Origin: an uncultured Ectothiorhodospiraceae bacterium
Lineage (GTDB): Bacteria; Pseudomonadota; Gammaproteobacteria; UBA9214
Direction: 5' to 3'
NCBI GenBank assembly: GCA_947259415.1
Contig: CAMYMI010000007.1
Location: 35,565-99,564 of the forward strand
DNA: 64,000 bases
Position 1 is the first letter of the stretch, and each line of letters starts with the position of its first letter. Below the pieces are notes generated by a model. That model searched no databases and had not been told where the DNA came from. It was given only the letters and a program-made list of their open reading frames with translations. Below are positions 31,215-40,359 of the stretch, one piece after another. The translations under genes were made by a program, and so were the position numbers.

Positions 31215-31649
31215 ATGTCAAGACCCTGGATTGTAGTAGCAGACCAAAGCAAGGCGCGGATATTTTCCATGGAAGACCCGCAAGGGCCACTGCAGGAAAT
31301 GGGCCAGCTGAAACACCCCGAGGCCCGTGAGCATGCCCGGACACTGACGTCCGACCGCCCGGGGCGCAGCTTCGACAGCGGTGGCCAGGGGCGCCATGCC
31401 ATGGGGACATCTGTGGAACCCAAGGAACAGGAGGCCATCCGTTTTGCCAAACAGATTGCCGAACACCTGCGTGCCGAGTGTCACGATAAAGGCTGCAACC
31501 GACTGGTACTGATCGCCGGACCGGACTTTCTGGGCCTGCTCCGGGAGCAGATTGGTTCGATGAATGACATTACCATCACGGAGATCAAGAAAAACCTGGG
31601 GCAGTACAGCCCGCACGAGATTCGTACGCATTTGCCGGCAAGGTTATAA
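31215..31649 (+). CDS. Host_attach (PF10116-like) protein, probable bacterial eRF1-like (baeRF1) fold
   Basis: N-terminus MSRPWIVVADQSKARIFS matches the W[IV]LVAD..ARLF signature of host-attachment family proteins; 144 aa. Confidence 0.5.
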   Translation: MSRPWIVVADQSKARIFSMEDPQGPLQEMGQLKHPEAREHARTLTSDRPGRSFDSGGQGRHAMGTSVEPKEQEAIRFAKQIAEHLRAECHDKGCNRLVLIAGPDFLGLLREQIGSMNDITITEIKKNLGQYSPHEIRTHLPARL

Positions 31650-31726
31650 CGGGACAGTTGCAACCGGAACGATTTTCGGACGTTTTGAAGACGGTTCAGC
31701 ACACCCTGTATCGAGGAGGCAGACAC

Positions 31727-32053
31727 ATGGTCAGCGAAGCCGACCCCATCATCGGAGCGTGGTATCACTACCCGGAAAAGGCGCAGAAATTCGTGGTGGT
31801 TGCCATTGATGAACACACGGATACCATCGAGGTCCAGTACTTCGACGGCAACATCGACGAATTCGATATGAGCGCCTGGTATGAACTCGACATGGAGCGT
31901 ATCGAGGAGCCGGAGGACTGGACCGGGCCAATGGACAACATCGAGAAAGACGACCTCAACCCGGTGGGCACGGAGATGCGGCGCGAGGACTGGGACGCGC
32001 CCTATCAGGAAGAGGATGAGAAAAAGAGCGCCGGACCGCGCGAACCGGATTAA
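31727..32053 (+). CDS. hypothetical acidic protein
   Basis: ORF downstream of the Host_attach gene; highly acidic C-terminus; internal start MVSEADP preferred. Confidence 0.35.
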   Translation: MVSEADPIIGAWYHYPEKAQKFVVVAIDEHTDTIEVQYFDGNIDEFDMSAWYELDMERIEEPEDWTGPMDNIEKDDLNPVGTEMRREDWDAPYQEEDEKKSAGPREPD

Positions 32054-32241
32054 TGGGTAAACTGGAGACAGTCTCCATATCACACGATCACATGGCGGGG
32101 CAGGCAACTGCGTAACCCGTCTATCCCGAATTTGGTTCAGTCCACGCAGATCCGGCCCGCACAGGTGGCAAACGACATGGGCTCGGTTCCAGCGGATGGC
32201 CCCGTGGCTTTGACCGGCTCCCGGGTTCAGGGTAAAAGCGA

Positions 32242-33630
32242 CTAAAGCGGCAACTTCTGCAGGTATTCAGCCTGCGTGACCCGACCACCGAACCCGCGTT
32301 GCAGCTGCGCGGCCAGCACGTCCATCGCATCGGGTTCACCGTGCACCAGGACCACCGGCGGGTGCCCCTCGATCTGGTCATACCAGTCCAGCAAACCCTG
32401 CTGGTCGGCATGGGCAGACAGGCCGCCTACGGTGTGGACCCGAGCCTGCACCTTGATGGTCTCACCCCACAACCTGATATGGCTGGCCCCGTCGACCAGG
32501 GCACGACCCTGTGTCCCGCGCGCCTGGAAGCCGACAATCATGACGTGCGCATCCCGACGCCAGATGTTGTGTTTCAAATGGTGCTTGATGCGCCCGCCGG
32601 TACACATGCCGCTGCCGGCGATGATTATGGCACCGGCATGCAGCGTGTTGATCTGCATGGACTCCTCGGCGCGTTCAGTCATGCGCAGATTGGGCAAGTC
32701 GAACAGGGTGCCGCGCTCGCGGGCAAAGTCACGCGCCCTGACGTCATAGACGCGCGAGTGCCGGTCATAGATCTCGGTTGCCTCGATCCCCATCGGGCTG
32801 TCCAGGAAGATCTGCCAGTCGCCGATCCCCCATTCCTCGTAATGACTGTTGAAGATATACAGCAGCTCCTGGGTGCGGCCAACGGTAAAGGCGGGAACCA
32901 GGATATTACCCTTGCCGGCGTGGGCGCTGGATAGCACCATGCGCATCTCCTCCCAGGTGGATTCCCAGTCGCGGTGCCGGCGGTCGCCGTAGGTGCTTTC
33001 CAGGACCACCAGGTCAGCCTGCGGCACGCGTTCCGGGTCACGCAGGATCGGGGCGCCATGATGCCCGAGGTCGCCGCTGAAAACGACCTTGCGCCTGTGT
33101 CCGCCCTCTTCAAGGTCCAGTACGACGATAGCGGATCCGAGGATATGTCCGGCATCATGCAGCGTCAGGCGCACGCCCGGCAGGATCTGCTGTAGCTGTC
33201 CGAACTCCAGCGCCTTGAAGTGCCGATGCGAGGCGCGTGCCTCCTGGCGGGTGTAGAGGGGTTCCAGGAGTTCCAGACCCTTGCGTGCACGCTTGCGGTT
33301 TTCCCACTCGGCTTCCTTCTCGTTCAGGTAGCCGGCGTCTTCGAGCATGATCGCACACAGGTCGACGGTGGCCGTGTGGGTGTAAACCGGACCCTGGTAA
33401 CCGCGCTTGACCAGCAGCGGCAGCCGTCCGGAATGATCGATATGGGCATGGGTAAGGACCACCGCATCGATCTTTGCCGTATCGAAGCTGAACGCGTCGC
33501 TGTTGTGGCGCTCGTGTTTACGGCTGCCCTGTATCAGCCCGCAGTCAACCAGGACCTGTTGATCAGCGACCCGCAATAGAAAACAGGACCCGGTGACCTC
33601 GCGCGTGGCACCCAGAAACTCGATCTCCAT
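32242..33630 (-). CDS. MBL-fold beta-CASP ribonuclease (RNase J/CPSF73-like)
   Basis: HxHxDH motif THAHIDHSG, beta-CASP region, C-terminal RNA-metabolising MBL domain; 462 aa. Confidence 0.8.
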   Translation of the reverse strand: MEIEFLGATREVTGSCFLLRVADQQVLVDCGLIQGSRKHERHNSDAFSFDTAKIDAVVLTHAHIDHSGRLPLLVKRGYQGPVYTHTATVDLCAIMLEDAGYLNEKEAEWENRKRARKGLELLEPLYTRQEARASHRHFKALEFGQLQQILPGVRLTLHDAGHILGSAIVVLDLEEGGHRRKVVFSGDLGHHGAPILRDPERVPQADLVVLESTYGDRRHRDWESTWEEMRMVLSSAHAGKGNILVPAFTVGRTQELLYIFNSHYEEWGIGDWQIFLDSPMGIEATEIYDRHSRVYDVRARDFARERGTLFDLPNLRMTERAEESMQINTLHAGAIIIAGSGMCTGGRIKHHLKHNIWRRDAHVMIVGFQARGTQGRALVDGASHIRLWGETIKVQARVHTVGGLSAHADQQGLLDWYDQIEGHPPVVLVHGEPDAMDVLAAQLQRGFGGRVTQAEYLQKLPL

Positions 33631-33749
33631 AGTGACTCCTTGTCAGCGGGGGCCGGCGTCGATGTACACACGTCTTAAACACCGGGATCAGCTGCCGGTA
33701 TCCCGAAGCGCCCGCCGGGCGTATTAGGCCATATTTTATTAATTATAGT

Positions 33750-34847
33750 TCAAGTTCTTATATAGAATCTCTCATCCAAAGCCTTAAGTGTTTCCACAAT
33801 CCCTGTGTACTCGAGTTCGTCCATGGGCAGCATGGCCGCACCGAAGAAGCCCTGGCGCCGCATGCCGATGGCCTTGTTCGCGACGGTGTCACGTACCTTG
33901 TCCCAGAAGGGGTGGGCGAACACGTCCACCGCCTCGGTGAAGCGGCCGTCGTGCATGGCAAACGCGGCACAACTCACCACCGGTGGGCCATCGAAATAAC
34001 TGATTCCCGAATTCAGCTGCACCGGCATCAGCGGCATCTGGTGGGAACCGCGCATGGCACCGGCCACGTAGGGCCCGATGGCATAGGGCGCGATGATCTC
34101 GCCGGTCGCCGGAAAGGTCTTCTGCACCCGCACCAGCAGGACCGGATCATCCTTGCCGGTGTACTTGCCGGCAATGTTGTGCAGGCGTGACGTGGACAGC
34201 GAAACCGCCTGTTCGCCGCTGGTCCGTGACCAGACCGATTCGATCACATAGCGCTCCGGATTACGCAGCAGCGCGGCAATGTCGTAGAGATCCTCGGGCG
34301 CATTCAGTTCGATTATACGGTCGCCTTCGGTGTGACTGACATCCATGATCACAAAGCGGAAGCCTTCTTTCATGGACGGCGACAGCATCAGCCCCGGGGT
34401 ATTCATGGGGTCGGCAAAGGCCAGGTACAGAGCCAGGTTGTAACAGCCGGGATCGGTCTTGTCGGCGGCAAAAAACAGGAAGGGTTCATTGGGGCGCTCG
34501 TCGAAGTCCATCTCCGCAACGGCCGGTCCCATACCGCGCACGTTTCCGGAAAAGGCCTCCTTGAGCAGGTCCTGGCCAGCGCCGTAGAGGCCCTGCTCCC
34601 TGGCGGTTTCCGTACCCGCCATGAAGGCATCCCAGGCCAGGGCGTGGATATCCTCATCGGTCACACCACGGGTATGGCTCATGACAATGGCAATGTCGTC
34701 GCCGGTATAGCTGATATAACTGTCGAGCAACAGATCGGCGCTGCGCTCCTGCACCATGTGACGCACGGTTTCCAGGAGGCGGCGTGATGGACAGATATGG
34801 CCGCCGATCGAGCCGATATCCGCTTTAATGACACTGAGTGTGATCTG
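33750..34847 (-). CDS. fbp: bifunctional fructose-1,6-bisphosphate aldolase/phosphatase (class V FBPase)
   Basis: MQITLSVIKADIGSIGGH N-terminus is the hallmark of the archaeal-type FBP aldolase/phosphatase; about 365 aa. Confidence 0.85.
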   Translation of the reverse strand, partial: QITLSVIKADIGSIGGHICPSRRLLETVRHMVQERSADLLLDSYISYTGDDIAIVMSHTRGVTDEDIHALAWDAFMAGTETAREQGLYGAGQDLLKEAFSGNVRGMGPAVAEMDFDERPNEPFLFFAADKTDPGCYNLALYLAFADPMNTPGLMLSPSMKEGFRFVIMDVSHTEGDRIIELNAPEDLYDIAALLRNPERYVIESVWSRTSGEQAVSLSTSRLHNIAGKYTGKDDPVLLVRVQKTFPATGEIIAPYAIGPYVAGAMRGSHQMPLMPVQLNSGISYFDGPPVVSCAAFAMHDGRFTEAVDVFAHPFWDKVRDTVANKAIGMRRQGFFGAAMLPMDELEYTGIVETLKALDERFYIRT

Positions 34848-34970
34848 CATCGGAGTCCCTCCTGCAATAACCGGTATATCAGGCAGCAACAGCTATTTTA
34901 AAGGTAGCAGATTACCAGTGATCCGGGACTGACGTGTGTCAAGGAGAACGCGATCTGCGCTGTGTTTATC

Positions 34971-36224
34971 CTACAGCAGCAGCCACACGACAAGCAGTCC
35001 CGTCGCTGCTGCCAGCACCAGCGGCGCCACGACCTTTCTGCCCAGCGTTATCCCGCCAACTGTAAATGCCAACACGGCCTTGACGCTGCTGTTAACCGCA
35101 CTGGCGATGATGATGCCGGCCGTAGCCAGCTGCAGCAAGCCGGCGTCATGTGTCGTCATGCGTGCCAGGCTGAGGGTAATGGCATCGACATCCGCCACAC
35201 CGGAAGCGGCTGCAAGCAGGAGAATGCCGACCTCACCCAGGGCATCCTTGAGCGCCTCTGCCAGCAACATGATGGCCGCAAGCAGAAAACCAAAACGCAG
35301 CGCCGCCATCAGTTCGAGAGGGTTGCCGATGGGTGCAGGTTCTTCCACAGCTGTATCTCGCCTGTTCCAGCCCTGCCACAAGGCTGCGCCATAAATAATC
35401 AGCGTCATCAGGCCCGCCGGCAGCAGCAGCAGCCGAAACAGTTGCGGACTGATGAAACTGCCGACCAGGAGCATGCGCGGGTACATGGTCCCGCAGGCGA
35501 TCAGGATGCCGGGTGCCAGCGCCTGTATCATATCCGGCTTGCGCCGTGCCAGGCGCGAGAAATGCAGTGTCAGCGCCGTCGACGAGGCCAGCCCGGCAAA
35601 CAGCCCGGTCAGTATGGCCCCCTTGCTGGTACCGGCAATTCGCATGGCGAAATAGCCACTGAAGGAAATCGCGGCGATCAGAACCACCATCCACCATATC
35701 TGGTAGGGATTGAGCGCCTCCCAGGGACCGTAGCCCCGGTCAGGCAAGACCGGAAGCAACACGATCGAGATCAGCAGCAGCTTCAGCCCGGCGCGCAACT
35801 CCTCACGCTGCAAGCGGCGCAGCCAGCCGTGCAGCACCGGTTTGAAGCCGAGCAGCAGGGTAGTAACAACCGCGGCGGCACCGGCTTCCGCCACATAACC
35901 CAGGCCGGCCAGCGCGCCCAGGGCAAAGGTCAGCAGGCCCGCAATCAGACTGGTAATGCCGACAGCGTGGGTGCGGCGCACATTGGCGAGGTAGGCCGCC
36001 GTCATCACCCCCGCCATGCCCAGGAACACAATTCCAAGCAGCAGTTCACCCAGCTGCTGCGATAGCAGCCCGATGACCCCGCCCAGCAGACCGATCAGCC
36101 CGAAGGTGCGCAGCCCGGAAATGCGCGTCCCTTCCTCGGCCTCACGCTGTTGCCATCCGCGCTCGATGCCGATCAGGAAACCGACAGCCAGCGCCACACC
36201 CAGTAATACGATCGAGTTGTACAT
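34971..36224 (-). CDS. MgtC/SapB family membrane protein fused to DUF4010
   Basis: MgtC-like N-terminal TM region followed by additional TM repeats typical of DUF4010. Confidence 0.7.
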   Translation of the reverse strand: MYNSIVLLGVALAVGFLIGIERGWQQREAEEGTRISGLRTFGLIGLLGGVIGLLSQQLGELLLGIVFLGMAGVMTAAYLANVRRTHAVGITSLIAGLLTFALGALAGLGYVAEAGAAAVVTTLLLGFKPVLHGWLRRLQREELRAGLKLLLISIVLLPVLPDRGYGPWEALNPYQIWWMVVLIAAISFSGYFAMRIAGTSKGAILTGLFAGLASSTALTLHFSRLARRKPDMIQALAPGILIACGTMYPRMLLVGSFISPQLFRLLLLPAGLMTLIIYGAALWQGWNRRDTAVEEPAPIGNPLELMAALRFGFLLAAIMLLAEALKDALGEVGILLLAAASGVADVDAITLSLARMTTHDAGLLQLATAGIIIASAVNSSVKAVLAFTVGGITLGRKVVAPLVLAAATGLLVVWLLL

Positions 36225-36434
36225 GCCTGTAACTTACACCTCTTGCTGCCGTTATGCCCCTGGGCAAACCCGCAAGCGTCCACAACCACTGCTTGCACCT
36301 GACCGGTTATCACTGATAATTGACGCAAATCAGTCCGGCGACGGATTATGTGGTCCATAATTAATATATAAATCGTAAACCGGTAATTGTCATTAAACGG
36401 ACGTATCCCGGCCACCAGCAGACGAGGCAAACTC

Positions 36435-38870
36435 ATGGAACCAGGCAAGCCGCTGACCCCTGACATGCTCTACCAGGAATGTGACCCGGAACTGTTTGAC
36501 TTTAAAACCACTGACGAACTTGAGGACCTGGTCGATATCCCGGGCCAGGACCGTGCCGTCGAGGCCATCCATTTCGGCACCGAGATGGCGCCCGACGGCT
36601 ATAACCTGTACGTGCTCGGCACCCCGGGCAGCGGCCGGCACAGTCTCGTCAGACACATCCTCGAGCAAAAGAGCGCACAAATACCGGCCGCCGATGACTG
36701 GTGTTACGTGAACAATTTTTCCGACCCGACGAAGCCTTGCGCGCTGCATATGCCTGCAGGCCAGGGTACCGAGCTGCGCAGTGACGTCGCACAGCTGATC
36801 GGCGAGGCCTACACGGGCATACCCGCAGCCTTTGAAAGCGAGGATTACCAGACCCGCCAGCAGGCCATCGAGGAGGAATTCAAGGAATCCCAGGAAAAGA
36901 CCTTCGAGGATGTACAACAGTTCGCCAGGAAACGCGGCATCAAGATCATCCAGACCGCGACCGGCTTCGTATTCGCACCACTGCACAAGGACAAGGCCAT
37001 CAGCCCGCAGGAATACGAAAAGCTGCCACAGACGGAAAAGGAGCACCTGGAACAGGTCACCGAGGAAGTCGGCAAGGAACTACAGCGCGCCATGCAGGCA
37101 ATACCACAGGAGGCGCGCAAGGTGCGCGCCAAGATGCGGGAACTTGACCGCGAGGTCTCGATGTATGCCGTCGGCGGGCTGTTTGACCAGTTGCTGGACA
37201 AGTACCGCACTCAGGAGCAGGTCGTCACCTATCTCAGGGAGATGCAATCCGATATCGTCGACAACGTCGATGTCTTTTTAAAGGCTCCGGAACATGACAG
37301 GCTCCCGGCCAAGGTTCTGCTCGGCGGTCGTGCCCAGGGACTGGAGTCCACTGAATCACCGGCCATGCGCCGCTATGCCGTCAACGTCATAATCGACCAT
37401 GGCGGTGACGAGGGTGCCCCGCTTGTCTTCGAGGATTACCCGACCTTTCCCAACCTGGTCGGCAAGATCGAGCACGTTTCCGAAATGGGCACCCTGATCA
37501 CCAACTTCACCCTGATCAGGGCCGGAGCCCTGCACAGCGCCAATGGCGGATACCTGGTGCTGGATGCCGCAAAGCTGCTGGTACAGCCGTTCGCCTGGGA
37601 GGGCCTGAAGCGCGCCCTGAAATCGTCCCGGATCCGCATCCGTTCGCTCGGCGAGGTTCTCAGCCTGATCAGCACGGTGTCGCTCGAACCGGAACCGATA
37701 CCGCTCAACCTCAAGGTCATTCTGCTGGGCGACCGCCTGATTTACTACCTGCTGCAGGCCTATGACCCCGAGTTCATGGATCTTTTCAAGGTGGCGGCGG
37801 ACTTTGATGACGCAATTGACCGTACCGCGGAGAACAGCCGACAGTTCGCCCGGCTGCTGGCCACCCATATCAAGCGCGAGCAACTCAGGCCACTGGATTG
37901 CTCCGGCACCGCCCGGGTGCTGGAGGAATGCGCACGCCATGCCGGTGATGCGGAAAAGATCTCCGCACAGATCCGCCACGCGGCCGACATCGTTCGCGAG
38001 GCGGATTTCCATGCCCGTAACAACGACAGCAAGATTATCGGCAGCGAAGAGGTCCAGCGTGCGATTGATGCCCGTATCCGCCGCGACAGCCGTATTCGCG
38101 ACCGCCTGCAGGAGGAGATTCTGCGCGGCACCATCCTGATCGACACCGACGGCGAACGCGTAGGCCAGGTCAACGGTCTGGCTGTGGCCCAGCTCGGCGA
38201 GTCCTCCTTTGCCCATCCCTGCCGTATCACCGCGCGCGTCGCCCTGGGATCGGGCGAAGTCGTGGATATCGAACGCGAGGTGGAACTCGGCGGGCCAATC
38301 CATTCCAAGGGCGTATTGATTTTATCGGGGTTCCTGGCATCCCGCTATGTGATAGATCAACCCCTGTCACTGTTCGCGAGCCTGGTGTTCGAGCAAACCT
38401 ACGGCGGGATCGAGGGTGACAGTGCCTCTGCGGCCGAACTCTGTGCCCTGCTCTCGGCACTCGCGCAGATTCCGGTACGGCAGGGCCTGGCGATTACCGG
38501 CTCGGTCAACCAGCATGGCCAGGTCCAGGCCATCGGCGGTGTCAACGAGAAAATCGAGGGGTTCTTCGACATCTGCTCAAGACGCGAGCTGACAGGAACG
38601 CAGGGTGTGCTGATCCCGTCTTCCAACGTCAAGCACCTGATGTTACGCAGGGACGTGATCGAGGCGGTTGCGGCCAAGCATTTCCAGATCTACCCGGTTG
38701 AGACCATCGACCAGTGCATGGAACTCCTGACCGGGATTGAAGCGGGCGAGTGCAATGCCCGGGGTGATTTTCCCACTGATTCGGCCAACCAGCGGATACG
38801 CACCCGGCTGATCGAATTTGCCGAAAAGCGGCATGCCTTCGGCGCGACCGGTTCCAAATCAGAGACCTAG
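36435..38870 (+). CDS. LonC-like Lon-related protease with degenerate AAA+ module
   Basis: Walker A reads GTPGSGRHS (no Lys); C-terminal Lon S16 protease domain with Ser (GDSAS) and Lys (NEKIEGF) dyad; start at MEPGKPLTPD. Confidence 0.8.
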   Translation: MEPGKPLTPDMLYQECDPELFDFKTTDELEDLVDIPGQDRAVEAIHFGTEMAPDGYNLYVLGTPGSGRHSLVRHILEQKSAQIPAADDWCYVNNFSDPTKPCALHMPAGQGTELRSDVAQLIGEAYTGIPAAFESEDYQTRQQAIEEEFKESQEKTFEDVQQFARKRGIKIIQTATGFVFAPLHKDKAISPQEYEKLPQTEKEHLEQVTEEVGKELQRAMQAIPQEARKVRAKMRELDREVSMYAVGGLFDQLLDKYRTQEQVVTYLREMQSDIVDNVDVFLKAPEHDRLPAKVLLGGRAQGLESTESPAMRRYAVNVIIDHGGDEGAPLVFEDYPTFPNLVGKIEHVSEMGTLITNFTLIRAGALHSANGGYLVLDAAKLLVQPFAWEGLKRALKSSRIRIRSLGEVLSLISTVSLEPEPIPLNLKVILLGDRLIYYLLQAYDPEFMDLFKVAADFDDAIDRTAENSRQFARLLATHIKREQLRPLDCSGTARVLEECARHAGDAEKISAQIRHAADIVREADFHARNNDSKIIGSEEVQRAIDARIRRDSRIRDRLQEEILRGTILIDTDGERVGQVNGLAVAQLGESSFAHPCRITARVALGSGEVVDIEREVELGGPIHSKGVLILSGFLASRYVIDQPLSLFASLVFEQTYGGIEGDSASAAELCALLSALAQIPVRQGLAITGSVNQHGQVQAIGGVNEKIEGFFDICSRRELTGTQGVLIPSSNVKHLMLRRDVIEAVAAKHFQIYPVETIDQCMELLTGIEAGECNARGDFPTDSANQRIRTRLIEFAEKRHAFGATGSKSET

Positions 38871-39667
38871 TGATGACGCAGCGCGCCAAACACCCACCTG
38901 CACGGATTGCGGTCATGCTGGTCAACCTCGAGTCTGATCACGCCACCCTGGAAATGCTGAACCTGCTCGCCGGTGAATCACCGGCCGAGATCCACGGCCT
39001 GTTCGTGGAGGATATCGAACTGCTGTCACTGGCTGACCTGCCGCTGGCACGTGAATATTGTCGCCTGACTCATGTGGAACGCGTTGTGCAGGTCCCGGAA
39101 CTCGAACGCCAGTTCAGAATCCAGGCCCGTGCCGCTGAACAGGCACTGACCGCACTCGCCAGCCGTCGCGGCATGCAGTGTTCTTTCAGGACAGTACGCG
39201 GCGAGCCTGCCACCCTGCTGCGGGAAACGCTGGAGGCAATGGATTTGATGTTACTCAGCGCCACTCGCCATACCCTGTCGACAGCCGACTATCGTGCATT
39301 TGCGACCCGTGGCCGTCCCGTCAAAAGGCCGGTGACCGTGGTGTTCGATGGCTCTGAAGTCGCCCAACGCGCCCTCGGGGTTGCCACGCAACTGGCCCGT
39401 GCCGGAGCGGCTGCCTTGACGGTATTGCTGGTGGACGATACATCGGCTGCATTTGATGCACTGCGTTCACAGGCGACTGAACAAATCGGCACACAGCCGG
39501 CCGAGTTCAGGGAAGTCGTAAAACCGGAGATGAGCGAACTCATCAGGCAGGTGCAATCAAGCCGTGCCGGCTGCCTGGTAATCGGGCGGAACGAGGACCT
39601 GCTCACACCGAACAATATCGAACGCCTGCGCCACCAGCCCGGCTGCCCGGTCGTGCTGGTCAGCTAG
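38870..39667 (+). CDS. tandem universal stress protein (UspA) domain protein
   Basis: Two Usp-like alpha/beta modules; ATGA overlap with the lonC-like stop. Confidence 0.65.
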   Translation: MMTQRAKHPPARIAVMLVNLESDHATLEMLNLLAGESPAEIHGLFVEDIELLSLADLPLAREYCRLTHVERVVQVPELERQFRIQARAAEQALTALASRRGMQCSFRTVRGEPATLLRETLEAMDLMLLSATRHTLSTADYRAFATRGRPVKRPVTVVFDGSEVAQRALGVATQLARAGAAALTVLLVDDTSAAFDALRSQATEQIGTQPAEFREVVKPEMSELIRQVQSSRAGCLVIGRNEDLLTPNNIERLRHQPGCPVVLVS

Positions 39668-39733
39668 GGTAACGATGCGTCCACGGATATACCAAACCAG
39701 GCGCCCGGACCCGGCCCGGACGCCTGGCAGCTC

Positions 39734-40204
39734 TCACAGCGTATGGCCGTAGTGGCCGCGCTGCGCCTCCTTTAGCAGTTGCTGGAACGACCCGCCATCG
39801 ATACGAACCAGCTCCTCGTGATCGCCGGCCTCGAAAAACACCTCGGGCTCATCCAGCAGGCATTCGTCAAGATAGGTCTCCATCCCCCACGCGGGCCCCG
39901 CGGGTGGAATGGCGCCCACGGCACAGTCAGGAAACAGTTGCACCAATTCTTCCTCCGTCGCCAGGTCCACGCCGTGCCCGAACTGTGCACGCAAGGCAGC
40001 CATGTCGACATGTTCCACCGATGGCAAGACGACCATCAGGTAGCGACCCTCCTCCTTCAGAATGACCGCCTTGGCCAGACGCTGCCCCGGGACATGAGCC
40101 TGTTCCGCCGTCTCCATGCTGCTGCCGGTGTGGGGATGGGGAATCAGGTCGTATTGCGTATCATGCCGGTTGAGAAACTCCTCGAGTGTGACTGAAATCG
40201 TCAT
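39734..40204 (-). CDS. YbaK/ProX-type aminoacyl-tRNA deacylase domain protein
   Basis: About 156 aa from internal start MTISVTLEEFL; YbaK fold motifs (AKAVILK...GAIPP). Confidence 0.7.
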   Translation of the reverse strand: MTISVTLEEFLNRHDTQYDLIPHPHTGSSMETAEQAHVPGQRLAKAVILKEEGRYLMVVLPSVEHVDMAALRAQFGHGVDLATEEELVQLFPDCAVGAIPPAGPAWGMETYLDECLLDEPEVFFEAGDHEELVRIDGGSFQQLLKEAQRGHYGHTL

Positions 40205-40359
40205 GATATGACCTCCTTTTTCAACATATACCGCTAAACTTCTATATGGTAAATATAGACGCTTATTAATTCGTATATACTGATTTATATCAATCCGGCC
40301 AGATCCCTGATGAAAATAAATTTCAACAGGGCTGCAAACTGGAGACTGGTACAGGCTCG

